NCBI GenBank assembly: GCA_046731295.1
Contig: JBKPKU010000015.1
Coordinates: forward strand, 1 to 63,306
Origin: Actinomycetota bacterium
Lineage (GTDB): Bacteria > Actinomycetota > UBA4738 > HRBIN12
DNA length: 63,306 nucleotides
Reading direction: 5' to 3'
Position 1 is the first letter of the stretch. Every line of letters starts with the position of its first letter. The notes beneath the pieces were generated by a model. The model ran no database searches and was not told where the DNA came from. It was given only the letters and a program-made list of their open reading frames with translations. This document shows, one piece after another, positions 19,076 to 29,709 of the stretch. The translations under genes and the position numbers were made by a program.

Positions 19076-20204
19076 CATCCCAGGCGATGAGCGCGCAGCA
19101 GACCGCCGTCACGAACGCGAGGGAAGCGAGCGCCGGCACGACGAGCGTGGCGGGGATCAGCGCCAGCATGGCGAGGCCCGCCACGAGCCGCCCGGGGCCG
19201 ATCCAGCCGGGGCGCTCGTCCGATGAGTGGCGGATGAAGTGGACCAGGCGTATCCGCTGGACCACGTGCGTGAGGAAATATATGGCAAGGCCGCCGCAGA
19301 GCGCCGCGGCGGGCACCGCGCCCAGCGGCTCGCCGACGTGCGCGATCGTCGTCTTGAGACCGAGGGCGAACAGGACGATCCCCGCGATCATCGGCATGTG
19401 CAGGTAGCTGTAGATGTCGCGCGCCAGTCGCGCCCGGACGGCGCCGCTCGTTCTCGAGAGCTCACGCTGCGCGAGGATGGCGATGACGTCGAAGTAGGCC
19501 CACCAAAGCGTGGCGATCACGATCACGGCCAGGACCGCGGCCGTGATGATGCCCGGGGTCAGGGACAGGCCGAACGCTCCGACGCCGATCGCGACGATCG
19601 ACTCGCCGAGCGCAATGATGACGATCAGCCCGTGTCGCTCCGCGAAGTGCGCGGGTGAGATGTGCCAGCCTCGCCCACGCCCGACGAGGGCTCCCCCGTA
19701 AAGGAACGCGAGCGCGACGACCCACAACACCGTCTGCGCGACTCCGTGGAAGAACCCGGCCGCCAGGATGACCACCGCCCCGATCGTGGCCGTGGGCACG
19801 AACCCCCGCAGCGCCAGGAACAGGTCGGGGTCGCGTGTTCCGGCCATCGCGTCGAGCACGAGGTTCAGCGCGCGCACGATCACGTAGGCGACGCCGAACA
19901 GCGCCGCATCGGCGCCGAACGTGCCCGGGACGGCGAGCGCGGCGACGAGCATCGCCGCCATCGCCGCGAACATCCCCGCGCGGACCGGCCCCTCCTCGGG
20001 TTCGAGCGCGTTCGTGAGCCAGGCGTAGCCGGTCCATGCCCACCAGATCGCGGCGAGCACGAGCAGTCCATGCCCGATCCCACGCCAGGTGAGGTCTCGG
20101 GACATGAGCTGAGTCACCTGCGTGAACGCGAACACGACCACGAGGTCGAAGAAGAGCTCGAGAGGGGTGACGCGCTGATCGCGTTCGGTCGGTGGAGCGT
20201 CCAT
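19029..20204 (-). CDS. ltrA: Low temperature requirement protein A family membrane protein
   Basis: LELFFDLVVVFA, HFAERHGLIVIIALGES, YSYLH. Confidence 0.92.
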   Translation of the reverse strand: MDAPPTERDQRVTPLELFFDLVVVFAFTQVTQLMSRDLTWRGIGHGLLVLAAIWWAWTGYAWLTNALEPEEGPVRAGMFAAMAAMLVAALAVPGTFGADAALFGVAYVIVRALNLVLDAMAGTRDPDLFLALRGFVPTATIGAVVILAAGFFHGVAQTVLWVVALAFLYGGALVGRGRGWHISPAHFAERHGLIVIIALGESIVAIGVGAFGLSLTPGIITAAVLAVIVIATLWWAYFDVIAILAQRELSRTSGAVRARLARDIYSYLHMPMIAGIVLFALGLKTTIAHVGEPLGAVPAAALCGGLAIYFLTHVVQRIRLVHFIRHSSDERPGWIGPGRLVAGLAMLALIPATLVVPALASLAFVTAVCCALIAWDVIHYREQRSEVRRAR

Positions 20205-20206
20205 GC

Positions 20207-20593
20207 CTACGCGCTCGTCGAACGCGGCTCGAGCCTGATCGTCGTGGCGTGAGCCTCCGGACCCACGACGGTTCCCACGATCTCGGGCCCGTGCCGGTCG
20301 TACTTCGCGTGGTAGGCGGCGTCGATGTCGGCTTCCCGGCCGGGAGTCGCGTCCTCGACCCCGACGTCGCGCTCCAGGCCTCCGGCGCGAACGCGACCGG
20401 CACCGCTGGCCTTCGCCCGGACGTACCACGGGTTCGAGGAGCCGTGGGCGGAGCGGACGTAGAGCTCGTCCCCCACGCGCACGACCCAGATCGTCACGAA
20501 CGGCCGGAGCGTGCCGTCCGGGCGTTCGGAGGCGAGCTGCAGTTCCTCCGCCCCGCCGATGCGCCCCAGCTCCTCCTCGGTCCATGCGGTCAT
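20207..20593 (-). CDS. DUF2255 family protein
   Basis: TIWVVRVGDELYVRS, IDAAYHAKY. Confidence 0.88.
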   Translation of the reverse strand: MTAWTEEELGRIGGAEELQLASERPDGTLRPFVTIWVVRVGDELYVRSAHGSSNPWYVRAKASGAGRVRAGGLERDVGVEDATPGREADIDAAYHAKYDRHGPEIVGTVVGPEAHATTIRLEPRSTSA

Positions 20594-20665
20594 CGGCCCT
20601 CCTCTCCATGCGTCCGGCAGATCCGGCACAACCGTATCCCCGGGCGTTTCGCTAGACGGGCTCGG

Positions 20666-21331
20666 CTAGGCCTCCTCGGCCGCGTAGGCCTCGAGACGGT
20701 CGACCAACTCTTTCGGATGGCTCAGCGCTGGCGTGTGTCCCCCGTCCATCTCGTCGGGCACGATGCCGAGGCGCTCCCGCGCGACGCGCCGAACGAAGGC
20801 CGGGGGGAAGAGCCGGTCGTCACGACACAGCAGCACGCGCGTCGGAACGTCGGGCCACGACCTGAGCGGTGACGGCTCGCCCATCCGGGTCGTTGACTGC
20901 GTTCGGCCCCGTCGAATCGCCTCGGACGCGAGCTGAGACGGGACGTCCTGATAGAAGAGCGCGACCTCGTCCCCGTACCGCTCGGTGACCTCCTCGCCGT
21001 ATCCGGTGTTCGACCAGTAGTCGTCCGGCGCCTCCCCAGGCGCGGGAATCATCGGGGCGACGAGCACCAACAGCTCGACCGGCACGCGATCGCACACGAG
21101 CGGCGCCGTGAAGCCTCCGAGCGACTGCGCGACCACGACCAGCGGCGATCGGTCGCCGATCGCCTGGACGACGGCGTCCGCGTACTCGGCGAGCCCCGCG
21201 GCATCGTCGTCGCACGGCAGGTCGGGAGCGACCGCGTCATGGCTGCGTTCGAGCAGCTCGGCCCCGACCAGGTGCCAGTACCAGCCGACGTCGCCCGCGC
21301 CGTGGATCAACGCGAACGTGGAACGGGTCAC
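20666..21331 (-). CDS. Alpha/beta fold hydrolase
   Basis: LIHGAG, AQSLGG nucleophile elbow, DDRLF, GGHTP. Confidence 0.9.
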   Translation of the reverse strand: MTRSTFALIHGAGDVGWYWHLVGAELLERSHDAVAPDLPCDDDAAGLAEYADAVVQAIGDRSPLVVVAQSLGGFTAPLVCDRVPVELLVLVAPMIPAPGEAPDDYWSNTGYGEEVTERYGDEVALFYQDVPSQLASEAIRRGRTQSTTRMGEPSPLRSWPDVPTRVLLCRDDRLFPPAFVRRVARERLGIVPDEMDGGHTPALSHPKELVDRLEAYAAEEA

Positions 21332-22992
21332 GGCTGCCCGGCCCCGGCGTCGATGTCCTCCCCCTGCTGCAGGCGCTTCTGAGCGGTGACGGCCGCCGCC
21401 TTGCGGACGACGGGATGACCCGTGACCTCCTCGAGGAAGCCCTCGCGTTCGAGCGAGAGCAGGGTCACAGGCGTCTTCGCCACCACGGTCGCCGTGCGCG
21501 GGATGTGGCGCAGGAGCGCGATCTCCCCGAAGTAGTCGCCGGGCGCGAGCGTGGCCACCGGTCGGCCCTCGTGGACGACCTCGAGCTGCCCGTCCTCGAT
21601 CAGGTAGAGGTGATGGCCGATCTCCCCCTCGCGAACGACGGCCGTACCCGGCGCAGCCTGGGCCTCCGTCAGACGGGCGGCGAGCCCCTCCAGCTCGGGG
21701 GCGGGGAGTGAGGCGAACAGGTCCACCGAGCGCAGGACCCTGAGCTCGCGCTCGGGGATGGAGGGAGTCCTGCGGTCCAGAGCCCGGATGCGGCCCCGCA
21801 GGATCAGGATCACCGTGGGGAGCAGGAGCCCGGCGGCCAGGGCCCCTCCCCGGATCCCGAAGAGGGCGATCAGGAGCGGCGCCACCGCGGACCCTGCGGC
21901 CACACCCACCTGATGCAGCCCCTCGAGCACGCCGAACACCCGAGCGAGGATGGGGTCGGGCACCACGCGCTGGAGGATGGTCCGTCCGGCCATGTCGGCG
22001 AGTGAATGGCCCGACCCGGCGCCGACGAGGATCGCGGCAGCCATCGCGGCCGCCACGGCGATCGAGACGGCCGATATCGCAAACCCGTAGACGAGCAGGC
22101 CCAACGCGAGCGCGGCGGCGAGGCGAGGCCTGCCGACCAGCCGCAACCCCCATAGCGCTCCGAGCAATCCTCCCGCGCCGAGCGCCGACGCGAGGAACCC
22201 GACGGCCGAGGGCGGCAGCTCGAAGAGCTCCAGCGCGAGGACGACCACCAGCACGTCCACCGCCCCGCGGACGAACGACTGGCCGACCAGGAGGCCGACG
22301 ACGAGACGCTGGTCGGGCTCGCGGGCGACCGAGCGGAACCCTGCGGCGGCCTCGTGGAGGGGATGACCACCGATCTTCGCAGATGGTGGATGCGGCTCGA
22401 GCCGGACGACGAGCAGGGCCGAGATCAGGAGCAGTCCGCTGAACCCGGCCGTGGCGAGCCCCGCTCCGCCGATGGCGAGCAGGACACCAGATGTCACCGG
22501 GCCGACGAACGCCATCGCGGCAGAGATCGACCCGGCGACCACGTTCGCGGCGACGAGCTGGTCAGGCGAATGCGCGAGCTGCGGGAACAACGCCGACTGC
22601 ACCGGACGCGTCAGCGTCATGCAGCCCGTCGCGACCGCGGCCAGGCCGTAGACGATGACAACGGGTGCGTCCGCGTAGATCGCTCCGGCGGTTCCGGCCA
22701 GGGCCGCCGACTGCACCGCATACCCGGCGAGGAGCGCCCGATCGCGGCGGATCTCGTCGCCGATCACGGCCGCCAACGGGGCGACGACCGCGGCGGGGAC
22801 CTCCATGGTCACCGCCACGAGGCTGGTCTCCTCCACCCCGCCGCGCTCGAAGGCGAAGACGAGGATGGCCACCCGCATCCCCCACCTGGCGATGTAGAAC
22901 AACAGGTAGGCGAGCTCCACCCGCCGAAGCTCGAAGTTCGCGAAGACCGCCCTGACGGCGCCGAGAGACCGGGATGAGCGACGTCGACCCAC
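21328..22992 (-). CDS. MFS transporter fused to a C-terminal cyclic nucleotide-binding domain
   Basis: ~12 TM helices, then VVREGE..YLIEDG..GDYFGEIALL..PRTATV. Confidence 0.9.
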   Translation of the reverse strand: MGRRRSSRSLGAVRAVFANFELRRVELAYLLFYIARWGMRVAILVFAFERGGVEETSLVAVTMEVPAAVVAPLAAVIGDEIRRDRALLAGYAVQSAALAGTAGAIYADAPVVIVYGLAAVATGCMTLTRPVQSALFPQLAHSPDQLVAANVVAGSISAAMAFVGPVTSGVLLAIGGAGLATAGFSGLLLISALLVVRLEPHPPSAKIGGHPLHEAAAGFRSVAREPDQRLVVGLLVGQSFVRGAVDVLVVVLALELFELPPSAVGFLASALGAGGLLGALWGLRLVGRPRLAAALALGLLVYGFAISAVSIAVAAAMAAAILVGAGSGHSLADMAGRTILQRVVPDPILARVFGVLEGLHQVGVAAGSAVAPLLIALFGIRGGALAAGLLLPTVILILRGRIRALDRRTPSIPERELRVLRSVDLFASLPAPELEGLAARLTEAQAAPGTAVVREGEIGHHLYLIEDGQLEVVHEGRPVATLAPGDYFGEIALLRHIPRTATVVAKTPVTLLSLEREGFLEEVTGHPVVRKAAAVTAQKRLQQGEDIDAGAGQP

Positions 22993-23118
22993 GCGTGCAG
23001 GATTGCACGAGCGGTTCCGGTCGTCGACGTCGCCGGTGAGCGAGCCGGCGGCATCTCCGTGAGGGCTGACCAGATAGGCGGTGCTCGTCGCATAGTACGA
23101 GGAGCCGAGGAGTAGGAG

Positions 23119-23592
23119 GTGGGGGCGTTGCCGCTGGCGGGCAAGGATCTAGAGACGTTCTTGGGAGAAGCACACCTCGCGCACTTCGCGACCACCGGGC
23201 CCGACGGCGATCCGCGGGTCAGGCCGATCTGGTTCTGCTACGCCGAGGGAGCGTTCTGGTTCACGACGCGGCTAAAGGTGCGTCGAACCGGAGCCGACGT
23301 CGCCAACGGCTCTGTGGTCACGGTGTCGATCGCGAACGAGACTCGTCCGTACCGCGCGGTGATCGCCTCCGGGCGACCGGAGGTGTGGAAGAAGGACGCC
23401 CGGCGGTGGCTCGAGCGCATCGCCACCCGCTACGGCGAGGCGGAAGGGAAGCGCTGGCTCGCCGGTGCGCTGAAGGAACCGGATCGAGTCGTGCTGCGAC
23501 TGGTTCCCGACAAGGCCGTCGCGTGGGACTACGGGAAGGGCGACTACGGACGGATGCAGAAGAAGGAGTCGCTCAGCGTGGCGCTACCGTAG
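23119..23592 (+). CDS. Pyridoxamine 5'-phosphate oxidase-like (PPOX, probably F420-dependent) protein
   Basis: FATTGPDGDPRVRPIWF, VAWDY; SD aggagg. Confidence 0.85.
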   Translation: MGALPLAGKDLETFLGEAHLAHFATTGPDGDPRVRPIWFCYAEGAFWFTTRLKVRRTGADVANGSVVTVSIANETRPYRAVIASGRPEVWKKDARRWLERIATRYGEAEGKRWLAGALKEPDRVVLRLVPDKAVAWDYGKGDYGRMQKKESLSVALP

Positions 23593-23620
23593 CCGTCCGA
23601 GGACTCGACGATCGGCACCT

Positions 23621-24400
23621 TCAGTCGTGCCCCTCCTCGTCAGGCACCTGATACCAACGCTTGCGTTCTCCGATCCGCGCCCTCAACTTCCAGCGCAGCG
23701 TCTTGGGCGCTGCGTCGGCGGCGCTCCGGATGCCGGTGAGAGCGTTCGGGACGTCGTGGCGCGCCCCGGTCGGAACGAGGTCGCCGTTGCGCGAGCCCAC
23801 GAGCTCGCGCACGTGATCCACGGTCCCGGTGAGCGTGCGCCACCATCCCCAGTCGTCGGCGACGATCGCCCGAATGCGATCGAGCCCGATCGTGCCCGGC
23901 TCGTCGCCCTCGGCCACGGGATAGGCGGCGAGCAGATAGACGACGTCCTGGACGTCCTTCTGGTTGATCTGCACGATCTGCAGCTTCGACAGCAGCAGAT
24001 CGGTCAAGTCGAGCGTGATGGGCATCCGCTCGATCCGATCCCGGAAGTCGAGCAGATGACACATCTCCAGGGTGTCCACGAGCACGTCGACGGCTCGATC
24101 TCGAGGTGACGCGAAGTACAGCTGCTTGTGGCCATACAGGGCGTTGAACCGGCGGTCCGGCTCGTAGCCGAGACCGACGAGGAGATCGGTCAGATGCGGC
24201 CGAGCGGACGACGTCGAGGCAAGGTCGAGGTCCTGGTTTTCACGGACCCGTGGGGGAAAGTCCGGGCAGAGCACACGGACCGCGAGCCCGCCGACCAGCC
24301 GGAGCGGGATCCCGGCATCCGTCGCCTCGCGGATGAGGTTCAGGGCCTCGTCGAGCGGATCCGCGCCGGACGCGACGGATGCGTCTTCGACGCCGGCCAA
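23621..24400 (-). CDS. Nucleotidyltransferase-fold protein
   Basis: LVGGLAV..QDLDL, VDV, DLLLSKLQIV..KDVQD. Confidence 0.78.
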   Translation of the reverse strand: MAGVEDASVASGADPLDEALNLIREATDAGIPLRLVGGLAVRVLCPDFPPRVRENQDLDLASTSSARPHLTDLLVGLGYEPDRRFNALYGHKQLYFASPRDRAVDVLVDTLEMCHLLDFRDRIERMPITLDLTDLLLSKLQIVQINQKDVQDVVYLLAAYPVAEGDEPGTIGLDRIRAIVADDWGWWRTLTGTVDHVRELVGSRNGDLVPTGARHDVPNALTGIRSAADAAPKTLRWKLRARIGERKRWYQVPDEEGHD

Positions 24401-24403
24401 CCT

Positions 24404-25366
24404 CTATCCCTCCACCCGAAAGTACCGTTCGATCCCGTCCGGCCCGATATCGACAACGTACCCCCGTAAGATCCCGAAGGCTGCCTCGCTTCCCGGGTTC
24501 AGGCACAGGGTCCGGCCGACCTTGGCCTCGCCGCCGGACTCGTGGATGTGTCCGTGCAGGCCGAGCAGCGGGCGGAACGTCTCGATCGCCTGCCGGACAC
24601 CCGTGGAGCCGACCGGTCCGCGGAGCAGATCCCCCGCCGACACGATCGGTCGCATGTTCTCATCCAGCAACGGCGCGACGTCCAGTCCTGAGCCGTGGGG
24701 CGGGCAATGGGTGAGGAGGATCGTTCGGCTTGGGTCCCGCGCCTCCTCGGCCAGGCGCGTCAGCTCCTCGTTGAACCGGTCGTCCGTAACCTCACGCGGG
24801 GTCCTCCAGGGGGTGTGGTTCGATTGTCCGGAACCGATCACCTGGAGATCACCCGCCATGTCGACGACGCGATGGTCGACGTTCACGCAGTACCCGCTTC
24901 CCTCCAGGATGTCGTCGATGTCGTATGGGTCGTCGTTCCCCGGGATGAGGTAGATCGGGACGTCCGACCCCTCCATCCGATCCCCCGCAAGGGTCAACCA
25001 GTCAGCGACGCGATGCCGGATATGGGAGACGAACAGGTCGTGGAGGGCGGCGGGATCGCCGTGAAGGCGATCGATCTCATCGACGGTGGTGTGAAGGACG
25101 TAGTACCCAAGGTTGGCGATGTCCTGTTCCAACTGCGCGAGCTCCCGGTCCGAGCGCGCGACACGCTGCTGACCCCCCAGCTCGGCCTCGTACCCCTCGT
25201 CGGTCTGTGTGACCGGCACCATCGCCTTGCCGGTGAGATCGCCGGCGTACAGCACCGCATCCGCCTTGTACAGACGCATCCTGGCCGCGTTCAGCATCTT
25301 CCGCCACGCCTTCTCCGATGCGTGGATGTCGGAGACGACGTACAGTCGGATCGCGCGCTTGCCCAA
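24404..25366 (-). CDS. Calcineurin-like metallophosphoesterase (Icc-related)
   Basis: SDIH, AGDLTGK, PGNDD, THCPP, HGHIHE. Confidence 0.9.
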   Translation of the reverse strand: MGKRAIRLYVVSDIHASEKAWRKMLNAARMRLYKADAVLYAGDLTGKAMVPVTQTDEGYEAELGGQQRVARSDRELAQLEQDIANLGYYVLHTTVDEIDRLHGDPAALHDLFVSHIRHRVADWLTLAGDRMEGSDVPIYLIPGNDDPYDIDDILEGSGYCVNVDHRVVDMAGDLQVIGSGQSNHTPWRTPREVTDDRFNEELTRLAEEARDPSRTILLTHCPPHGSGLDVAPLLDENMRPIVSAGDLLRGPVGSTGVRQAIETFRPLLGLHGHIHESGGEAKVGRTLCLNPGSEAAFGILRGYVVDIGPDGIERYFRVEG

Positions 25367-25375
25367 CCGGCGGCC

Positions 25376-27091
25376 TTACTCGGGCGGGATCTCCCGGTAC
25401 ATCATGCCCAGGTCGACCCCTGCGGCCCGGTTCCGGACCGCCTGCACGATGTAGATGAGGATCGCGACCACGAACGCGCCGATCGTGAACGTGAGACCGG
25501 TTCGGTTGTAGTACTGGAGCCCGCTCTCGCCGGGTCCGCGACCCACGAAGTCCGCGACGGGCTTGATGGCTGCGTACCAATACGTGATCCCCGCGAACAC
25601 GAGCCAGATCACGCCGAACAACGGTAACCACGACCGCCACGGAGCGTTGGCCACGAGGTCGCGCCGGGTAAACGGTGCGACGATCCCGTTCACCGCGGGC
25701 ATGATCCAGGTCAACGCCGCCATGAAGATGCTGAACCAGAGCGTCGCCACCAGATTCAGTCTGCCTTCCGGCGGGGCGAGGCTGTCGGGCAGGAGCGGGA
25801 AGTTCATCAGGATCATCAGGACGCCGACGATGCCGATGCAGACGAGGATCGCGTTGAGCGGCGCCCGCAGTCGTTCGTTCACCTTTCCGAACCACTCCGG
25901 CACCTGTCGGTCGAGGCTCCAGGCGAGTGATACTCGACTGATGAATGCGATGTAGGCCGGACAGAGCACGAACGGTGAGATCACTCCCCCGAGGCTGATC
26001 AGCAGCCAGATCGGCCACAGACCCGGTTTGGCGATCGATGCCACCAACGGAAGGGTGTTCGGCTGCCCCAACGGCGTCGAGGGGAGACCGCTCCAGAACT
26101 GGACGCCCCATCCGAGCTGGCCGGGCACGCCTACCCGCCTGGACACCGCATCGACGAAGATCGAGTTCGTGATGACGGCGACGGCGAGCGCGCCCAGCAC
26201 CGCGATCAGCACCCCGCGTCTGATGTTCCCTCGCACCTCTCCGGCGATGTAGGCGCTGTACTGGAAGCCGATGTAGTTGAGCAAGACGACGCCCATCACG
26301 AACGGGAACAGGGAGTTGAAGATCTGCACGCCGTGGCCGAGCACGCCGTTGTCCTCGGCGGCCGTCACGAGTTGTTGGTACGTGACTCCGCCCGTGTACT
26401 TCGGCAGGTTCGCGGCGAAGTCGTCCTGGTTCAGGAACACGATCCCGAACAGGAACATCAGGACGGCCGAACCGATCGCGATGACGGCAAGCGTGGTCAC
26501 GATCTTGTGGAGCCGCCGCGTCGGCTGGATCACGGCCCAAAAGATGAACGCGAGGACCACCATCGAGGCGATGAACCCCGGCCAGCTGGTGATCACGCCG
26601 CTCTCGGCGTACCAGTCGTTCGCGTTCAGGAAGAAGTCGTTCCCCGTGCCGATCCCGATGACCAGGCCACTGATCTGGACCATGCGCAGGACGACAGGGA
26701 TCTCGAAGGCCACGATGGCCAGCGAGGCCAGCACGAGCGTGAAGGACTCGACCCAGCCGAGGAAGGGGCCGGCCCTGGGGATGAAGCGGCTCGTGAAGAC
26801 GTAGTCGCCGCCCGATCTCGGCATCACGCTCGTCAGCGAGGCGAAGATGAGGCCGAGGAAGAGGGCGGCGCCGGCGACGATGATCGCCGCCCAGCCGTAG
26901 GTCGTGAAGCCGGCAACGCCGATCGGGACGAACGCCAAGGTATAGAACGTCGCGTACCATCCGACACCGGTCCCCATGAACGCCGCGGCGTTGAAGAAGA
27001 GCGCATTGGCCACGCTCACTTCGCGGACCAGACCGGAGGACTGTCGGACGAAGAGCTTCTTCCCCGCAGGCGGAACGATGGTCTCGCTCAT
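25376..27091 (-). CDS. APC family amino acid/polyamine permease
   Basis: FVRQSSGLVRE, MPRSGGDY, YIAGEV, 12+ TM helices. Confidence 0.9.
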   Translation of the reverse strand: MSETIVPPAGKKLFVRQSSGLVREVSVANALFFNAAAFMGTGVGWYATFYTLAFVPIGVAGFTTYGWAAIIVAGAALFLGLIFASLTSVMPRSGGDYVFTSRFIPRAGPFLGWVESFTLVLASLAIVAFEIPVVLRMVQISGLVIGIGTGNDFFLNANDWYAESGVITSWPGFIASMVVLAFIFWAVIQPTRRLHKIVTTLAVIAIGSAVLMFLFGIVFLNQDDFAANLPKYTGGVTYQQLVTAAEDNGVLGHGVQIFNSLFPFVMGVVLLNYIGFQYSAYIAGEVRGNIRRGVLIAVLGALAVAVITNSIFVDAVSRRVGVPGQLGWGVQFWSGLPSTPLGQPNTLPLVASIAKPGLWPIWLLISLGGVISPFVLCPAYIAFISRVSLAWSLDRQVPEWFGKVNERLRAPLNAILVCIGIVGVLMILMNFPLLPDSLAPPEGRLNLVATLWFSIFMAALTWIMPAVNGIVAPFTRRDLVANAPWRSWLPLFGVIWLVFAGITYWYAAIKPVADFVGRGPGESGLQYYNRTGLTFTIGAFVVAILIYIVQAVRNRAAGVDLGMMYREIPPE

Positions 27092-27237
27092 CGCTGCTCC
27101 CCTCGCGAAAAGGGCACCCTTGCGATTATGTGCACGGACGACGCGCTCGCGCACCAGTCGGCGTCGGATCGTGCCTTGACACGGTTGATCGGCGATCCGT
27201 ACCGTGGACCAAGCCCGGCGAGGAGGCACCGGAGGCG

Positions 27238-28080
27238 ATGCCAGGCGGCCGTGAGGTCCGAGTAGCGGCGGTCCAGATCGGGGTCGTGCTCGAGGACCAA
27301 GAGGCCACGACCGAGAAGGTCTGCTCGTGGTTCGACGACGCGGTCCGTGAAGGAGCCGACGTCGTCCTCTTTCCCGAGCTCATTCTCGCCGCCGGATATT
27401 CGCTCGGAGAGACCTTCCGAAAGGTCGCCGAGACGGCCGACGGACCGAACATGCGCCGGTTCCGTGATCGCGCTCGGCTTCACGGCGTCAACGGCATCGT
27501 GGGGTTCGCCGAGCCGGGCTCGGGCGGACGCACCCACAACAGCGCTGCGTTCATCGACCGTCGTGGCGAGGTGGTGAGCGTGTACCGCAAGAGCCACCTC
27601 TTCGTCGCGACCGAATCGTTCTTCGCGCCCGGACCAGAGCTGCGCGTGTTCGACACGGATGTCGGCCGCGTCGCGCTCCCGATCTGCTACGACCTGGAGT
27701 TCCCCGAGCCTGCTCGGGTGTTGGCGTTGCAGGGAGCGGAGCTGCTGTTCACCATGACCGCCCATTGGTCCGGAAGCGGCACGGTCGGGACACCCGAGAA
27801 CTTCGTTCGGACGATCTACAGCGCCCGGGCCCTGGAGAACCGCCTGCCGATCGTGATGTGCAACCGCGTCGGGTACGACCCGGGGTTGGACGACGAGTTC
27901 TGCGGGCTCTCGCGGATCGTGGATTCGGAGGGGATGGTGGTGGCCGAGATGGACGAGCGATCGGAGGGGATGATCACGGCGACCATCGACCTCGATCGGG
28001 AAGCCGCCCGGCGAGGGGCGTACGACTACCTGGCCAACCGTCACCCCGAGCTGTACACGAGCCTCGGCACGGCGCCTTGA
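27238..28080 (+). CDS. Carbon-nitrogen hydrolase (nitrilase superfamily amidase)
   Basis: E-K-C triad in LFPE, YRKSHL, ICYDLEFPE. Confidence 0.92.
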   Translation: MPGGREVRVAAVQIGVVLEDQEATTEKVCSWFDDAVREGADVVLFPELILAAGYSLGETFRKVAETADGPNMRRFRDRARLHGVNGIVGFAEPGSGGRTHNSAAFIDRRGEVVSVYRKSHLFVATESFFAPGPELRVFDTDVGRVALPICYDLEFPEPARVLALQGAELLFTMTAHWSGSGTVGTPENFVRTIYSARALENRLPIVMCNRVGYDPGLDDEFCGLSRIVDSEGMVVAEMDERSEGMITATIDLDREAARRGAYDYLANRHPELYTSLGTAP

Positions 28081-28152
28081 CGCCGCCCGGCGGAGGCGCC
28101 GCCTCGAGCGTGTCCGGGCTCGGCCGACTCGCCGAGAACCGCTGAGGTTCCG

Positions 28153-29247
28153 TTGCGCGTCGTCTACTCGCCCAGACACCAGCTCCACAACCCCGACACG
28201 GAGATCCAGCAGGGTGTTCCGCTGCCCATGTACGAGGTTCCGCAACGGGCCGAGCAGATCCGCAAGAACCTCGAGGCCGATGCCGGATTCGAGATCGACC
28301 CGCCCGCCGACCATGGGGTCGCTCCCATCGAGGCCGTGCACGAGCCCGCCATGGTGCGGTACCTCGAGACCGCATGGCGGGACTGGCGAACGATGAGCGT
28401 CAACCCGCAGGCCGTGCCCGACACCGTGCTTCATCCGTCGCTTCGCGAAGGCATGGGCCCGGTGCGACAGCCGGTGTCGCCCCTCGGTCGTCTCGGCTAC
28501 TGGTGTTTCGAGACGATGACCCCGATCGTCCCCGGGTCGTACGAGGCGGCGCGGGCCGCGGTCGACGTCGCGCTCACGACCTCCGACCTGGTGCTGGCAG
28601 GCGAGCCCGCCGCCTATGGCCTCTGCAGACCGCCCGGACACCACTCGCCGCGCGCCGCGTTCGGCGGCTACTGCTTCTTCAATTGCGCAGCCGTCGTCGC
28701 TGAGGACCTCGTCCGGAAGACCCGGGAGCCGGTGTCCATCCTGGACGTCGACTATCACCACGGAAATGGCACCCAGCAGATCTTCTACGGACGAGCCGAC
28801 GTGCTGTACGTATCGCTCCACGGCGATCCGGATCGCGCGTATCCCTACTTCGCCGGCCACGCCGACGAGACGGGCGCCGGAGCCGGCGAGGGAACGAACC
28901 TGAACCTGCCCCTCCCCGCCGGTTGCGACGATGCCTCGTACCTCGCGGCGCTCGATCGGGCGCTCGAGCGCATCTCGGCGTTCGGGGGAGCCGTCGTCGT
29001 CGTGTCGCTCGGGCTCGATACCTACGGGCAGGACCCCATCGCCGACTTCGCGCTGACGAGCCCCACGTACTGGGAGGTCGGCCGTCGCGTCGCCTCGCTC
29101 GGACGGCGCCTCGTCATCGTCCAGGAGGGCGGATACTTCGTCCCCCACCTCGGGGAGAACGTTCGCGGATGGCTCATGGGCGTCGAGGGCCGACCGGCCG
29201 ATCTCGCCGGCGGCGAGCCGACGAACCGCTGGCCCGCCCAGCGATAA
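28153..29247 (+). CDS. Acetylpolyamine amidohydrolase / histone deacetylase family
   Basis: CRPPGHH, GGYCFFN, DVDYHHGNGTQ, SLGLD, QEGGY. Confidence 0.92.
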   Translation: MRVVYSPRHQLHNPDTEIQQGVPLPMYEVPQRAEQIRKNLEADAGFEIDPPADHGVAPIEAVHEPAMVRYLETAWRDWRTMSVNPQAVPDTVLHPSLREGMGPVRQPVSPLGRLGYWCFETMTPIVPGSYEAARAAVDVALTTSDLVLAGEPAAYGLCRPPGHHSPRAAFGGYCFFNCAAVVAEDLVRKTREPVSILDVDYHHGNGTQQIFYGRADVLYVSLHGDPDRAYPYFAGHADETGAGAGEGTNLNLPLPAGCDDASYLAALDRALERISAFGGAVVVVSLGLDTYGQDPIADFALTSPTYWEVGRRVASLGRRLVIVQEGGYFVPHLGENVRGWLMGVEGRPADLAGGEPTNRWPAQR

Positions 29248-29325
29248 AGCGATCGGTGCCTCCAAGAAACGGCCTCGCGGCTCTCCAGGACCCAACCACG
29301 TGTTCGGGAGGTATCAGCCGCAGGG

Positions 29326-29709
29326 TCAGAAGTTCTCCCACAGGCCGACCACGTTGCCCTCGCTGTCCTTGAAGTAGGCGAAGGCCCCCGCGGGGATCTC
29401 GGTTCTGGGCTGCACGACGCTGCCGCCACCGGCCTCGATCTTCTTCAGCGTGTCGTCGATCGCGTCCACGCCGATCGTGATGACGGGGGCCGGCGTGTCC
29501 TTGGAGCGCTGCATCATGCCGCCGTTGATGGCCCCGGGCTCCGTCGGGATCCGGGTCTTCTCGTCCACGGGGACGGTCATCAGCGTGGTGTAGATGTTGC
29601 CGCCGCCCATGTCCGCGTCGACCAGCTGCCAATCGAAGACCGAGGCGTAGAACTCCTTGGCCCGCCCGGTGTCGTCGACCGGGATCTCGAAATGCACGAC
29701 CTTGTCCAT
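29326..29709 (-). CDS. VOC/glyoxalase family protein
   Basis: VVHFEIP, GAINGG, FKDSEGNVVGLWE. Confidence 0.9.
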   Translation of the reverse strand: MDKVVHFEIPVDDTGRAKEFYASVFDWQLVDADMGGGNIYTTLMTVPVDEKTRIPTEPGAINGGMMQRSKDTPAPVITIGVDAIDDTLKKIEAGGGSVVQPRTEIPAGAFAYFKDSEGNVVGLWENF

